From positions 1 to 37,250 of the forward strand of contig CANQDI010000002.1 in the NCBI GenBank assembly GCA_947591575.1: a DNA stretch of 37,250 nucleotides, given 5' to 3'. Both the position numbers and the translations under genes were made by a program. A model generated the notes under the pieces. The model was not told the DNA's origin, did no database searches, and was given only the letters and a program-made list of their open reading frames with translations. Source of the DNA: an uncultured Bacilli bacterium. Its GTDB lineage: Bacteria > Bacillota_I > Bacilli_A > RF39 > UBA660. Position 1 is the first letter of the stretch. Each line of letters starts with the position of its first letter. This document shows, piece by piece, positions 8,752 to 17,060 of this stretch.

Positions 8752-9999
8752 TTATATTTTCTCCTTTTGCACTTTTTTTCGTAGTTTTTTTCGAATGACA
8801 AAGCGATAAATACGAACCAATTTTAAAAAGAAAAAGGTAAAAATCGGTCTTATAATATAATCAAATTCCCCGATAAATTCTAAATACTCTCCTCCAAACT
8901 TTTTCTTAAACTCATGAAGTCCTACTAAAGGATGATCACTTTTGGGTTCTCCAATGGTTCCAAATTCATCAAAAACAGAGGAACCTTTTTCTTTTGAAAT
9001 TTCAATTTGATAATCAAATAAGCGATAGTTCGCATAAGTCATTTTATAGTCCATATCATTTGCTCCATATAAATACCAACTTTTATCACCATAATGCACT
9101 GTAAAATAACTACTGACAACAATCTTATCTTCTTTTCTTTTCTTCTTTTCTTCTTCTAAAAACGAAAGTTCTTTTTGTTTTTTTTCTAAAGAGATAAGAT
9201 TGATTTCTTTCGCAGATTTTTCCTTTTGAATATCTTCTTTTAAAATGGCAATCATTTTAGAAAGAGAAACTTTTGCCAACAATAAAGATACATGATTAGA
9301 AGCTGAAAAGATATCATAAAATTTCTCATAATAATCATCTGGATGAGAAAAGAAATTTTGTCTTTGTTCGGTCAGCTTCATAAGGCGGATAAATTGAGGA
9401 ATATCCTCCTTGGTTCCAATAGAAGGTTCTACTTCAAAATGTTCTGCCTTTTTTATAAAACGTAGGGCTGTTTTAGAGTAACGTTTTCGTATATCTTCTA
9501 TTTCATTTTTTAAATCAATACGAAATGTATAACGAGGTTGAGACGTTTCAAAATATTTGGTAAGAGGTAAATGCTTATATCCTATCTTCTTAAGAAAAGA
9601 AACTAATTGATAATGATTTTCCCCTTCGATACACGTTGCATCTTCTGAAATGGTATGGAGACGAATATCAGGATCAATTTTAAAATAAAGCCCTTTCTGC
9701 TTTTTCACAAACTTTTTTAAAGAAGTTGTAAAAAAAGATAAGCATTCTAAATTTTGATAATCCATGACAAATCCCCTAGGAATATAAAAATAGCAATATC
9801 CAAATGGCAGCGACTTTTTTAAAAGAAGTGCGGTAGCAATCAACGTTTCATTTTCTTTTACACCAACATAAAAAGGTGTATATCCCCTTGATTTTGAAAG
9901 TTCTCCCCATAAAGGAGAAGCAAGGAAATGAGATTTTGTAGGATGATTTTCTACAAAGGATGAAAATTCTTCTAAGTCAACTTGTTCTATAAATTTCAT
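8752..9999 (-). CDS. FemAB-family aminoacyl-tRNA-dependent peptidoglycan peptidyltransferase
   Basis: 415 aa counted from the ATG at 9999 (the ORF-track GTG at 10011 abuts the RBS). Resembles S. aureus FemA along its length (YFYIPRGFVMDY, LYFKIDPDI, central coiled-coil insert, C-terminal FKKKFGGEYLEFIGEFDYI). Confidence 0.85.
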   Translation of the reverse strand: MKFIEQVDLEEFSSFVENHPTKSHFLASPLWGELSKSRGYTPFYVGVKENETLIATALLLKKSLPFGYCYFYIPRGFVMDYQNLECLSFFTTSLKKFVKKQKGLYFKIDPDIRLHTISEDATCIEGENHYQLVSFLKKIGYKHLPLTKYFETSQPRYTFRIDLKNEIEDIRKRYSKTALRFIKKAEHFEVEPSIGTKEDIPQFIRLMKLTEQRQNFFSHPDDYYEKFYDIFSASNHVSLLLAKVSLSKMIAILKEDIQKEKSAKEINLISLEKKQKELSFLEEEKKKRKEDKIVVSSYFTVHYGDKSWYLYGANDMDYKMTYANYRLFDYQIEISKEKGSSVFDEFGTIGEPKSDHPLVGLHEFKKKFGGEYLEFIGEFDYIIRPIFTFFFLKLVRIYRFVIRKKLRKKVQKEKI

Positions 10000-10028
10000 A
10001 TTCTTATACACTTCCTTTGATTATTGTT

Positions 10029-10058
10029 AGTATACCCTTTTCTCATCTTTTTTGTCAA
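10029..10058 (-). promoter_or_regulatory. Sigma-A-type promoter for FemAB gene 1
   Basis: On the minus strand: TTGACA (10058-10053), an 18 nt spacer, then TATACT (10034-10029). Confidence 0.55.
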
Positions 10059-10087
10059 TTTTCCTCGATTCTTTGAGATAGATGATA

Positions 10088-10117
10088 TTGTGATATTTAA
10101 AAAAAACATGCTATAAT
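10088..10117 (+). promoter_or_regulatory. Sigma-A-type promoter for FemAB gene 2
   Basis: TTGTGA (10088-10093), an 18 nt spacer, then an extended -10 TGCTATAAT (10109-10117). Confidence 0.55.
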
Positions 10118-10147
10118 AAAAATAGATAGAATAAAGAGGTGACTTTT

Positions 10148-11437
10148 ATGCTTGTTGAATTAAAAAAGATAGAATTTGATACATTTGCATCTACCCATAT
10201 TCATAATAGCTTTCAGCAAAATTCTTATTGGGCAAAATTCATGGAAGGAGATGGATGGCATAGTTATTTTGTAGGATATAAGGATAACAATCAAATCATT
10301 GCTGCCACTTTGCTTCTTTCAAAAAATACCCCTCTTCTTAAAAAACGGTATTTTTATGCCCCTCGTGGTTTTCTAATCGATTATAATAATACAGAGCTTG
10401 TTCAATCCTTTACAAAAGACGTCGTACAATTTGTCAAACAAAAAAAAGGAATTTATTTAAAAATAGATCCTTATATACCTTGGGTAGAGCGAAATAAAGA
10501 CGGAGAATTAATAGAAGGAGGAAAAGATAATAGCCGTATTGTCAATATGTTAGAAAAAATAGGATTTGTTCATGTTGGCAATGATTTTAAAAGGAATATG
10601 GTGCAACCTCGTTGGTTATATGCAATTGATACAAGAGGAAAAACCATCGAAGATTTAGAAAGTGAAATGCATGATAAAACAAGACAGATCATTCATAGAA
10701 ATGAGCGAGAAGGAATTGCATTTCGTTTTCTTGAAGAGGAAGAGATACCACAATTTGTAGATATCATGAAAGAAACCAGTGATAAATATCATACGCTTGA
10801 ATATACAAAGCAATATTATGAAGATTTTATGCATTGTTTTCCAAAAGAAAATATTAAAATGGCAGTAGTTGAACTTCATCCAAAAGAAGCCATTCAAAAT
10901 ATCGAAAATCAATTAAAAGAACTAAAACAAAGTTATTATGATCGGGCATTTAAAAAAGAAGAAGTGCTCCACATGAATGAATCTACTTTTGAAAAGAAAG
11001 AAAGAGAACAAGAAGAAATGATTGCACGATTAGAAGAAAAACAAAAAAACTATGAAGATATTTTACAAGAAAAAGGAGAAAAGATTCTATTAGGTGGTTA
11101 TTTTATCATTCTATATGGAAATGAAGTCATTGCTCTACACGGAGGTATTTATGAAGAATGGAAAAAACTAGATGCTGCCGTAACCTTACATTATGAGATG
11201 TTAAAGTATACCAAAGAACATCATTATGAACTATATAATTTATATGAAATATCAGGAGATTTTCGAGAAAATAGTCCTATGTATGGAAGCTTTTTATTCA
11301 AAAGAAACTTTGGAGGAGAAGTCGTTGAATTAATTGGTGAATTTGATTACATCATTGATTTAACTGCCTATTCTTTTCTTAAATACTTCTTTCCATCCTA
11401 TTATGGAATTAAAGTCATTCGAAAAGAAAAAGTATAA
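10148..11437 (+). CDS. FemAB-family aminoacyl-tRNA-dependent peptidoglycan peptidyltransferase (second paralog)
   Basis: 429 aa counted from the ATG at 10148 (GAGGTG RBS at 10136-10141). Motifs YFYAPRGFLIDY, IYLKIDPYI, a coiled-coil insert, and FKRNFGGEVVELIGEFDYI. Confidence 0.85.
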   Translation: MLVELKKIEFDTFASTHIHNSFQQNSYWAKFMEGDGWHSYFVGYKDNNQIIAATLLLSKNTPLLKKRYFYAPRGFLIDYNNTELVQSFTKDVVQFVKQKKGIYLKIDPYIPWVERNKDGELIEGGKDNSRIVNMLEKIGFVHVGNDFKRNMVQPRWLYAIDTRGKTIEDLESEMHDKTRQIIHRNEREGIAFRFLEEEEIPQFVDIMKETSDKYHTLEYTKQYYEDFMHCFPKENIKMAVVELHPKEAIQNIENQLKELKQSYYDRAFKKEEVLHMNESTFEKKEREQEEMIARLEEKQKNYEDILQEKGEKILLGGYFIILYGNEVIALHGGIYEEWKKLDAAVTLHYEMLKYTKEHHYELYNLYEISGDFRENSPMYGSFLFKRNFGGEVVELIGEFDYIIDLTAYSFLKYFFPSYYGIKVIRKEKV

Positions 11438-11449
11438 GATATAAAATAT

Positions 11450-11620
11450 TTAATAATAGATAATCATTGCAGAATAAGAATAAATTTGATCTTCTCCTTG
11501 TGCGAAACTATCGATTTGGTATTGTATATCAACAACTTCCCCCTCTAAGTCCTTTAAAAAATCATTCATAGCTTTTTCTAAATCTTCTTCATCTTCAAAA
11601 TCAAATAGTTTTACTTTCAT
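11450..11620 (-). CDS. Cse60-like small protein (56 aa, below the ORF-track cutoff)
   Basis: Hand translation gives MKVKLFDFEDEEDLEKAMNDFLKDLEGEVVDIQYQIDSFAQGEDQIYSYSAMIIYY. AGGTGA lies 5 nt upstream of the ATG. The pattern (KVKxFD, E-x-DLE, VDIxYQ, EDQIYxxSAxIxY) matches my recollection of the B. subtilis Cse60/YteV family. Confidence 0.6.
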   Translation of the reverse strand: MKVKLFDFEDEEDLEKAMNDFLKDLEGEVVDIQYQIDSFAQGEDQIYSYSAMIIYY

Positions 11621-11643
11621 ATATATCACCTAAAATAGTATAA

Positions 11644-11678
11644 AAAAAGTTTTCCACAAAATATGTCGAAAACTTTTT
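11644..11678 (-). terminator. Intrinsic terminator candidate after leuS
   Basis: On the minus strand: AAAAAGTTTTC, a 13 nt loop, GAAAACTTTTT, then TT. The stem is a perfect 11 bp but AT-rich. Confidence 0.4.
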
Positions 11679-11699
11679 TCTTACTTTTTTTATTTACCT

Positions 11700-14516
11700 T
11701 TACTTTACAACAATATTACAGATTCTTCCTTTAATTAAAATAATTTTCACAATCTGTTTTCCTTCAATATGTCTTTTCACATTTTCTTCTTGTAAAGCTT
11801 TTTCTTCGATCTGACGTTCTGTATCTTCTAGATGAACTTTAATTGTAGCTCGAACTTTACCATTGACCTGTACAGCAATTTCTTTTTCCTCTTCTACTAA
11901 ATACTTTTCATCATATTGAGGCCATTTTTGATAAGCGATTGTCTCATTATGACCCAATATTTGCCACATTTCTTCCCCTACATGAGGAATGATACAACTA
12001 ATCATTTTGATAAACCCTTCTGCATATTCTCTTGGGCAATGACCTATACGGTAACATTCATTCACAAAAATCATCATTTGACTAATAGCTGTATTAAAAC
12101 CTAAATTCTCATAGTCATCTGTTACCTTCTTAACAGTTTGATGATATATTTTGGTAAGATGACCATCATTATCATCTACAATATGATCTACATTTGTAAA
12201 AAACCTCCATACACGTTCGATAAATCGTTTGGCTCCTTCTACTCCACTAGCACTCCAAGGTTTAGAGGCTTCAATTGGACCCATAAACATTTCATAAAGA
12301 CGCAAGGTGTCTGCACCATAATCTCGCGCAATATCTTTAGGATCAATAGCATATTCTGGGTATCTCTTTCCCATTTTAATACCGTTTTCACCTAAAATCA
12401 TTCCTTGGTGAACCAACTTTTTAAATGGTTCTTTTACAGGAGATAATCCTTTATCATATAAATAACGATTCCAAATACGAGCGTACATTAAATGCCCAAC
12501 TGCGTGTTCTGGTCCTCCCATGTAAAGATCTACTGGAAGCCAATGTTTAGCAAGTTCTGGATCACAAAACATTGTTTCATTTTTAGGATCAATATAACGG
12601 AAATAATACCAACTAGATCCAGCACTTCCAGGCATTGTTGAAGTTTCCCTAAACCCTTTTCTACCATCTTTTGTAGTATATTTTTTCCATTCCGTTGCAT
12701 TTTCAAGTGGTGCTTTTCCATTATGTCCCTTATAGTCCTCCAATTCTGGTAAGATAAGAGGTAACTCTTCATCTTCTAAAACATAGTCTTCTCCATCTTC
12801 TAGATGAACGATTGGAACAGGTTCACCCCAATATCTCTGGCGAGCAAAAATCCATTCTCTAAATTTATAATTGACCTTACGACTTCCACAATGATGTTCT
12901 TCAAGCCACTTAATCATCGTATCAATTGCTTCCTGCTTATTCATCCCGTTTAAAAATTCTGAATTGATATGAACTCCATCTCCAACCATAGCACCAGGAT
13001 GCTTAGCATATTGATATGTTTTATTGTGCAAAGGATCTTTTATTTCTTCTAGTGTTTTCTCATCCACCCACTCAATCGTAAACTCTTCATCATCTTCTAA
13101 TTCTTTTTCATCTTGAATTTCATCCTTTAAATAGAATAAAAATCCTGTACTCTCAATATGAAAATATTTATCCTTATTATAAGCATAATAGTGGTGATTA
13201 ATTTTTGGAAGTTCTGCTTCTAAGGTTAAATGTACATATCCTGTTTCTTCCTTAATCTCGCGAAGTGCACAAGAAAGGGCATCTTCCTTCTCTTTTCTTG
13301 TTCCGCCAATAAATAAACGTCCCCCTTTATCATGCCAATTCAGTGTTAAATATTTTTTTGTTTTTGGATTATAAACAACAGCAACAATCGATTGTTTTTC
13401 AAATTCATTTTCATGAGGTGTTCCTGTTACTTCTTCTAAAACTTGAATAATTGGAATATTAAATTTCTTGGCAAACTCATAGTCTCTTTCATCATGAGCA
13501 GGTACTGCCATAATGGCTCCTGTTCCATAACTTGCTAAAACATAATCACTAATATAAATAGGGATTTCTTGTTGATTAACAGGATTAATGGCATAAGCTC
13601 CTGTAAAGACCCCTGTTTTTTCTTTATTGAGTTCTGTTCGTTCTAAATCACTTTTAGAAGCACAAATGGCTTGGTATTTTTTGACTTCTTCTTTATGCTC
13701 TTCACTTGTAATCAAATTCACATATTCATGTTCTGGAGCAAGCACACAATAAGTTGCACCAAAAAGCGTGTCACAACGTGTTGTGAAAACGGTAAATTCT
13801 TTATCATAGCCTTTTATTTGAAAAGTTACATGTGCACCAATTGATTTTCCAATCCAATTTCGTTGCATTTCTTTAGTTGATTCTGGCCAATCAATTTCAT
13901 CTAAACCTTCCAATAATTTTTCAGCAAAAGCAGGTTGATCAATACAAAGCTGTTTCATATTTTTACGAACAACTGGATACCCACCACGTTCTGATTTTCC
14001 ATCAATTACTTCATCATTAGAAAGAACTGTTCCTAGTTTTTCACACCAATTGACAGGCATATCTATATATTTTGCATAACCATCTTCATAAAGTCTTTTG
14101 AATATCCATTGAGTCCAGTGATAATAGGTAGGATCACTTGTAGATACCATTTTATCCCAATCATAATCAAATCCTAATGTATTTAATTGTTCACTAAAAT
14201 AAGCAATATTCTTTTCTGTAAATCCATTGGGATGATTTCCTGTTTGTACTGCATATTGTTCTGCTGGAAGACCAAATGAATCATATCCCATAGGATGAAG
14301 GACATTATAACCTTGCATTCTTTTCATACGAGAAACAATATCTGTTGCCGTATACCCTTCTACATGTCCTGCATGAAGACCTACTCCACTTGGATAAGGA
14401 AACATATCTAAAACATAATATTTTGGCTTACTAAAATCCCAAACATCTGTCTTAAAAGTTTGATGCTCTTTCCAATATTTTTGCCATTTTTTTTCAATTT
14501 CTCTAAATGGATACAT
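11700..14516 (-). CDS. leuS: Leucyl-tRNA synthetase carrying an internal Nudix-domain insertion
   Basis: 938 aa. HIGH motif is HAGH. CP1 editing-domain motifs are [12 protein letters not shown] and [19 protein letters not shown]. The KMSKS-equivalent is KMGKR (12363-12377). About 130 residues longer than typical bacterial LeuRS because of an insert at about aa 366-508. Confidence 0.95.
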   Translation of the reverse strand: MYPFREIEKKWQKYWKEHQTFKTDVWDFSKPKYYVLDMFPYPSGVGLHAGHVEGYTATDIVSRMKRMQGYNVLHPMGYDSFGLPAEQYAVQTGNHPNGFTEKNIAYFSEQLNTLGFDYDWDKMVSTSDPTYYHWTQWIFKRLYEDGYAKYIDMPVNWCEKLGTVLSNDEVIDGKSERGGYPVVRKNMKQLCIDQPAFAEKLLEGLDEIDWPESTKEMQRNWIGKSIGAHVTFQIKGYDKEFTVFTTRCDTLFGATYCVLAPEHEYVNLITSEEHKEEVKKYQAICASKSDLERTELNKEKTGVFTGAYAINPVNQQEIPIYISDYVLASYGTGAIMAVPAHDERDYEFAKKFNIPIIQVLEEVTGTPHENEFEKQSIVAVVYNPKTKKYLTLNWHDKGGRLFIGGTRKEKEDALSCALREIKEETGYVHLTLEAELPKINHHYYAYNKDKYFHIESTGFLFYLKDEIQDEKELEDDEEFTIEWVDEKTLEEIKDPLHNKTYQYAKHPGAMVGDGVHINSEFLNGMNKQEAIDTMIKWLEEHHCGSRKVNYKFREWIFARQRYWGEPVPIVHLEDGEDYVLEDEELPLILPELEDYKGHNGKAPLENATEWKKYTTKDGRKGFRETSTMPGSAGSSWYYFRYIDPKNETMFCDPELAKHWLPVDLYMGGPEHAVGHLMYARIWNRYLYDKGLSPVKEPFKKLVHQGMILGENGIKMGKRYPEYAIDPKDIARDYGADTLRLYEMFMGPIEASKPWSASGVEGAKRFIERVWRFFTNVDHIVDDNDGHLTKIYHQTVKKVTDDYENLGFNTAISQMMIFVNECYRIGHCPREYAEGFIKMISCIIPHVGEEMWQILGHNETIAYQKWPQYDEKYLVEEEKEIAVQVNGKVRATIKVHLEDTERQIEEKALQEENVKRHIEGKQIVKIILIKGRICNIVVK
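12993..13421 (-). other. Nudix hydrolase domain nested within LeuRS (about aa 366-508)
   Basis: [24 protein letters not shown] (nt 13304-13236) fits the Nudix box G-x5-E-x7-R-E-U-x-E-E-x-G-U at every position. The flanking beta-strand-like segments ([34 protein letters not shown]) are consistent with a full Nudix fold. Confidence 0.8.
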
Positions 14517-14862
14517 TTTTTCTCTTTCCTTTCTTTTGATATATTTTTCCTACAAAGTGATAACTCACTAAAATAATAGGAAGTGTAAGACATATTCCCA
14601 GTAAAAGCTCCAATAAAAAGCTTTTTGCAAAAACTATTATAGTAACAATAATGGCAATGTCAAAAGAACTGACAAAACTAATAACATTGAGTAATTGCTT
14701 ATAGGGAAGCTTTTTGATATCTAGTTGATAACGTGCCTCTAAATAACGTACTTCAACTGGCTTCTTTTTGGAATTACCTTTTTTCTCTTTTCGAACAACA
14801 AAAAGTTCGTAAATGCCAAAGACGAGAAGAAAAGTTAAAATAAATAAATAGACTTCTTGCAT
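14503..14862 (-). CDS. Small integral membrane protein (about 3 TM), first gene of the T-box-controlled leuS operon
   Basis: 119 aa counted from the ATG at 14862. AGGAGG (14873-14868) lies 5 nt upstream. Hydrophobic segments are [43 protein letters not shown] and [19 protein letters not shown], with a basic tail. The stop overlaps the leuS ATG by 14 nt. Confidence 0.65.
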   Translation of the reverse strand: MQEVYLFILTFLLVFGIYELFVVRKEKKGNSKKKPVEVRYLEARYQLDIKKLPYKQLLNVISFVSSFDIAIIVTIIVFAKSFLLELLLGICLTLPIILVSYHFVGKIYQKKGKRKNVSI

Positions 14863-14870
14863 CAATACCT

Positions 14871-15073
14871 CCTAAAACAAAAGATTCTATGTATAAGAAC
14901 GAACAAAGTCCGCGGTACCATCTTATTTCATAGAATCTATGCAATCTTTTTTTGATAACGGAAAACCCGAAATGCATCTATGAAATCAAGTTCACAACAT
15001 CTCTTTCTCTATTTTCACCACCCATAGAGTCTCTTTAAAAGATATCATTTGTTACTACTATTTCACTGCATTT
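14871..15073 (-). promoter_or_regulatory. T-box riboswitch leader, leucine specifier (CUU)
   Basis: Read on the minus strand. Stem I base is AAATGCA/TGCATTT. AGAGA bulge. Distal helix is CTCTAT/ATAGAG with loop GGGTGGTGAAA. Specifier loop is GAA-CUU-G (codon at 14990-14988). T-box sequence is AAGATGGTACCGCGG (14924-14910). A hairpin plus TTTGTTTT tract follows (14938-14871). Confidence 0.85.
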
Positions 15074-15088
15074 ATAAAATGTAGTTTT

Positions 15089-15117
15089 AGTATACGCAAG
15101 TTTTTTTCTTTTTTCAA
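15089..15117 (-). promoter_or_regulatory. Sigma-A-type promoter for the T-box leader
   Basis: On the minus strand: TTGAAA (15117-15112), a 17 nt spacer, then TATACT (15094-15089). Confidence 0.6.
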
Positions 15118-15157
15118 GTGTTTTATCCAATTCCTTAGTAATTTCCCTCAAAAAAAT

Positions 15158-16582
15158 TTAATATTGAACTCCCCATACAACATGATATTTAGCTTCTTTA
15201 CCACAGACAACACAATGTGTATCAATTTTTTCGCCATCTTCTAAAATACACCGTGATTTTGTTCCTTTAATTTCTTTCATTCTATTTTCACATGCTTCAT
15301 CGCCACACCACATAGCATGAATAAATCCTGGTTGTTTTTCCATTTGAATCTTAACTTCTTCTAAATTATGACAAGTAAAAGTAAAACTATCTCTTCTTTC
15401 TTTTGCTCTAAAAAACATTTCTTTTTGCATGCGATCAAGGATTTGTGTTACAACTTCCCCTATGTTTTCCTCGAAAGAAACAACTTGCTTTTCTCTTGTA
15501 TCTCGCCTTGTTACGATTATTTTATGATCTTCTAAATCACGTTTACCTATTTCAATACGAAGTGGTATCCCATTCACTTCTGCTTCTGCAAACTTGAATC
15601 CTGCCGATTTTTCACTTTGATCTATATCTACAGTTATTCCAGCATCTTCTAATATTTTCTTTACTTCTTCTGATTTTTTTTGTACATTTTCTGACATTTG
15701 AATTGGTACAATAACAACTTGTGTTGGCGCAATTTTAGGAGGTAATACCAATCCATTATCATCACTATGTACCATGATCATAGCACCAATCATACGAGTT
15801 GTTGAACCCCAAGAAGTTTGATAACAATATGAAAGAGCATTATTGCGATCCTTAAAAGAAATATCATAAGCCTTTGCAAATTTCTGTCCAAAGTAATGTG
15901 AAGTAGCAGATTGCAAAGAAATACCATTATACATCAGTGCTTCTACCGTTAAAGTATATTCTGCTCCTGCAAATTTTTCCTTTTCTGTCTTTTTACCTGT
16001 AATGACAGGAATAGCTAAATATTCTTCAAAAAATTGACGATAAATATCTAACATTTTATGAGTTTCTTCCTCTGCTTCCTCCCGAGTTTCATGAATTGTG
16101 TGTCCTTCTTGCCATAAAAATTCACGACTTCGAAGAAAAGGCCTTGTTTCCTTTTCCCAGCGCATTACACTGCACCATTGATTATATTTTAATGGAAGAT
16201 CTCGATAAGATTTTACGACATGACTATAGTAATCACTAAATAACGTTTCACTAGTAGGACGAATGCATAAACGCTCATCTAACTCTTTATCTCCTCCTTG
16301 GGTAACCCAAGCTACTTCTGGAGCAAAACCATTAATTAACTCTCCCTCTTTTTTCATGAGACTTTCTGGAATTAAAAGAGGCATGTATACATTTTGATGT
16401 CCCGTTTCTTTAAACATTTTATCCATCGTCTTTTGGATCATTTCCCATAAAGCATATCCTCTTGGTTCAAAAACAATACATCCTTTCACGTTTGAATAAT
16501 CTGCAAGATGAGCTGCTTTTACAACGTCAGTATACCATTTTGCAAAATCAACTTCCCTTGAAGTAATTGCTTTATTTTTCAT
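15158..16582 (-). CDS. proS: Prolyl-tRNA synthetase, archaeal/eukaryote-like type (no INS editing domain)
   Basis: 474 aa. Class II core. C-terminal Zn-binding domain (CGDEACE...HCVVCGK) ending in the conserved terminal Tyr (VWGVQY). Confidence 0.93.
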   Translation of the reverse strand: MKNKAITSREVDFAKWYTDVVKAAHLADYSNVKGCIVFEPRGYALWEMIQKTMDKMFKETGHQNVYMPLLIPESLMKKEGELINGFAPEVAWVTQGGDKELDERLCIRPTSETLFSDYYSHVVKSYRDLPLKYNQWCSVMRWEKETRPFLRSREFLWQEGHTIHETREEAEEETHKMLDIYRQFFEEYLAIPVITGKKTEKEKFAGAEYTLTVEALMYNGISLQSATSHYFGQKFAKAYDISFKDRNNALSYCYQTSWGSTTRMIGAMIMVHSDDNGLVLPPKIAPTQVVIVPIQMSENVQKKSEEVKKILEDAGITVDIDQSEKSAGFKFAEAEVNGIPLRIEIGKRDLEDHKIIVTRRDTREKQVVSFEENIGEVVTQILDRMQKEMFFRAKERRDSFTFTCHNLEEVKIQMEKQPGFIHAMWCGDEACENRMKEIKGTKSRCILEDGEKIDTHCVVCGKEAKYHVVWGVQY

Positions 16583-16668
16583 AAATAGCCTCCTTCCATT
16601 TGCATCTATAAATACATCTATATTATATCTTATTTCGAAAAAGAAAAGAAGTACTTTTTAATGAATCA

Positions 16669-16700
16669 TAAAAGAAAAAGAAGCCTATGAAAGCTTCTTT
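16669..16700 (-). terminator. Intrinsic terminator after rplQ
   Basis: On the minus strand: AAAGAAGC, an 8 nt loop that contains the rplQ TAG stop, GCTTCTTT, then TTCTTTT. Confidence 0.6.
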
Positions 16701-17047
16701 CCTTCTTGTACTAATCTTAAGACAACCATTAAAGCATCGTCTCCACGACGTTCTTGTAATTTTAAAATTTGTGTATAACCACCATCACGCTCTGCATAAC
16801 GAGGTGCTAATTCATTAAATACTTTATTCACTACTTCTTTATCATTGTGAACGAATGCTAAGGCTCTACGACGTGCTCCAAGACTTCCATCTTTTCCATA
16901 GGTAATCATTTTATCTACAAATTTACGAACCTCTTTAGCACGTGTTTCTGTCGTTTCAATACTTTCATTCATAATGACTTGTTTTGTAAGAGTTGCTAAC
17001 ATACTTCTTCTATGTTTGTTATCAACTCCAAGCTTTCTATATGCCAT
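16685..17047 (-). CDS. rplQ: 50S ribosomal protein L17
   Basis: 120 aa, [17 protein letters not shown]. Last gene of the alpha operon, following rpoA. Confidence 0.97.
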   Translation of the reverse strand: MAYRKLGVDNKHRRSMLATLTKQVIMNESIETTETRAKEVRKFVDKMITYGKDGSLGARRRALAFVHNDKEVVNKVFNELAPRYAERDGGYTQILKLQERRGDDALMVVLRLVQEGKKLS

Positions 17048-17060
17048 TTTATACCTCCTT

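Noticed and set aside
8752-8860. The basic and hydrophobic C-terminal tail of FemAB-1 (IIRPIFTFFFLKLVRIYRFVIRKKLRKK) as a possible novel membrane anchor.
   Set aside because: S. aureus FemA has a comparable C-terminal segment after the FxGDF motif, so this is a normal family feature.
11621-11699. A sigma-E-like sporulation promoter upstream of the Cse60-like ORF (CATATT ... TATACTAT).
   Set aside because: The spacing between the two elements (about 17 nt) does not fit the sigma-E consensus spacing as I remember it (about 14 nt). The match is weak.
12363-12377. The LeuRS KMSKS loop reads KMGKR instead of KMSKS.
   Set aside because: Both lysines of the motif are retained and the flanking sequence is conserved (QGMILGE...DP...[14 protein letters not shown]). 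It is probably a benign lineage variant and not evidence of inactivity.
14848-14891. A possible SD-sequestering helix between the 3' arm of the T-box terminator and codons 2-5 of the membrane ORF.
   Set aside because: The pairing is only 5 + 4 bp with an internal loop, which is within chance expectation for AT-rich sequence.
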